Shown in pieces: positions 61,166 to 64,000 of a stretch of DNA of 64,000 nucleotides. The position numbers were made by a program, and so were the translations under genes. The notes beneath the pieces were generated by a model, which did not search any database, was not told the origin of the DNA, and worked only from the letters and a program-made list of their open reading frames with translations. The stretch lies in NCBI RefSeq assembly GCF_009914755.1, contig NC_060936.1; one strand, given 5' to 3'. Position 1 is the stretch's first letter, and each line of letters opens with the position of its first letter. Source of the stretch: the human T2T-CHM13v2.0 reference genome, Homo sapiens.

Positions 61166-62009
61166 CCCAAGAACTCTTTAAATGAACCTAGTGTCACAAG
61201 AACAGATAGCTAAACTGTATCTGAAAAGGTGGCTCATACGGGGAAATTTTTGGTGGATTTGGGGAAGCTTAGGGCAAATTTTAAACATGAGGCCTTTTGT
61301 CAGATCACCTACATTCCTTGGATTCTACGTGGGTTTGTTGCAGATGCTTAATATGACAAATTACATGACTTCTATCACTTCATTTGATCAGCCTCCCATT
61401 GACTTTCAGCCAAGTCCTGCAGAATCGCTTCTCAGATTGTATGTTTCCTCAAGACTAAGATGTTTTCATAGTCTCTCTCTAACTTCCCCTTTTTGTGGCT
61501 ATTTATTTATATTTATATGTTTTTCAACTCCTTATTTTTTTTTCTCTTTATAAAAGCTTTAACCTGTGCTCTTCTTGAGGGAAATACTGATGCATATCTA
61601 AACTTTAAGGGTGTTTTTCATCCTGGCTACAGACACTCGGTGAATAATTTTTCAGGTTATGGGAAAACCCATCATTATGAGAATGTAGCAACTTTTATTT
61701 TGCAGTAACTGTTAAAATTGTAGCCATGGTGCTCAGTAAAAGGGGACCTTCCCCCTGTAGGTGTTTGGAGAGGAGTTTTTTGTTAGTAACCTGCTTATGG
61801 ATGGGGCATTATCACCTAGAAAGGAAAGAGGTACCGTGGTATGCAGTTAAAGGGAGCTGGGGCAAGAGCAAGGCAAAGAAATTCCCTCATGTCTTCAATG
61901 CAGAGCCAGCATTTAGACTTCTACTCCAGGCAGGGCCCACAAATCTCTGGCAGCCATGAGCACCTGTTTTGCTTCTGCCTTCTTCCTGTTGGCAATTTTG
62001 GGTTTGGGG

Positions 62010-62297
<288 letters not shown>

Positions 62298-62644
62298 CTG
62301 TTGACAATTTGTGGGGCATGTAAAATATCTGCAGCCCTTTCAGCCAGTAAAACACCGAAGAATGTGTTACGTGGCTTCTCCATTCTCCTTCTTTCTCTGC
62401 TCTACTAAATATTAAAGGGTTCTCCTTTTCCCAAGCCCAGTGGAAAAGCTTCAGGAAGCACGGAGGTATCAGAAGCATCCAAAGAGATCACACCAAGTAA
62501 TTCCAAGTCACTCTCATTCACCCCATTGGAAGTTCCTGCCATCCTGTGTACCCTGGGGGCTCCTAATGCAGGCAGATAATATCCTTGGTGTGCTGTTAGG
62601 CTGGAAGACTCCCTCATCTTTGCTCTTCTGTTTGAGAAAAGAAA

Positions 62645-62925
62645 TGGCTGGACACGGTGGCTCACCCCTGTAATCCCAACATTTTGGGAGGCAAAGGCAG
62701 GTGGATCACTTGAGGTCAAGAGTTCAAGACCAGCCTGGCCAACATGGTGAAATCCCATCTCTACTAAAAACACAAAGGTTAGCCGGGTGTGGTGGTGGAT
62801 GACTGTAATCACAGCTACTCAAGGAGCTGAGGCAGAAGAATCGCTCGAACCCAGGAGGCGGAAGTTGCCGTGAGCCGAGATCACACCACTGCACTCCAGC
62901 CTAGGCAACAGAGCAAGACTCTGCC

Positions 62926-62971
<46 letters not shown>

Positions 62972-63035
62972 ATACATTTATATATATATATATAACATAT
63001 ACATTTATATATATATATATATTATATTTATATTT
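62645..63035 (+). mobile_element. AluS with a (TA)n microsatellite tail (62936-63030)
   Basis: Full Alu followed by (AT)n. Confidence 0.92.
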
Positions 63036-63569
63036 TAATAAATGAATAGAATTCATCACCTAACTTCTAAAGCTACTTCTCTAGATGAAATTCTGGGCAC
63101 TTAGGAGTCAGCAGTGGTATACTGAGTGCATTGCTCTTGCTCACAGGTGCTTCTTTTCTGTCCCATGGCAGGCGGCACCAACATAAGGCTTCTGCAAAGC
63201 TGAGAGCTCCTTTTACCCATGGATCAGGAGCAAAGTTTGCAGCTACACTGTCAGGCTGTGTTTGGATGTTAGCAGTTAGTTTAGCTTTGCGTCTTCAGAG
63301 CAATTGTTCTTAGCTACTTAAGAAAAAAAAAAACCCGATAAAGCATTTGCTGCTCCATAGGATGGGAGCACCCTCTGTTTTCAGGGCATTTGAGGCCCTC
63401 TGGCATGTGTTTTTGATGTTTATTATTGTCAGGGCTGTCCCTGTAATTTCCCAGAAATAGAACTCCTGAAAGCTGTTTCCCAGAAAGGACAGCAATAGAG
63501 ATAATGGATGCCAGAGACAGAGAACACTCTGGTGCCAGATCCTTGGGCTGCTATGTCAGACATTTGCTT

Positions 63570-64000
<431 letters not shown>

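Noticed and set aside
61182-61959. 123-aa ORF and possible MER3/MER20-like DNA transposon at ~61725-61910
   Set aside because: The ORF has no recognisable domain and the transposon similarity is too weak to call without an alignment

Overview
Primate (human-like) non-genic, repeat-rich DNA with no intact protein-coding gene. From 5' to 3' it contains: (1) an intron-containing FAM166A/CIMIP2A pseudogene (+), tail-to-tail with a four-exon TUBB8-family beta-tubulin pseudogene (-); (2) a decayed ERV1 provirus; (3) about 30 kb of nested L1, MaLR (THE1/MST), LTR5A, LTR18-like and Alu insertions; (4) about 1.5 genomic 5S rDNA repeat units (period 1,898 bp, no Alu), fused directly to (5) about 1.3 inverted D4Z4-like units with a dead DUX4-like gene whose promoter is split by a polyadenylated MaLR retrocopy with a 13-bp TSD; (6) a ~200-bp GC-rich tandem repeat; (7) an inverted 45S rDNA remnant (IGS-like DNA, Sal-box terminators, 3'ETS, internally deleted 28S). 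From memory and unverified, the TUBB8P-5S-DUX order best fits human chr12p11.1 (TUBB8P4, RNA5SP357, DUX4L27), paralogous to the 4q35 TUBB7P-RNA5SP-DUX4c block. I see no new functional gene system. The interest is evolutionary: a fossil mosaic of several tandem-array families and one unusual retroinsertion. Repeat subfamily names come from recalled consensus sequences and boundaries are approximate unless a TSD is given.
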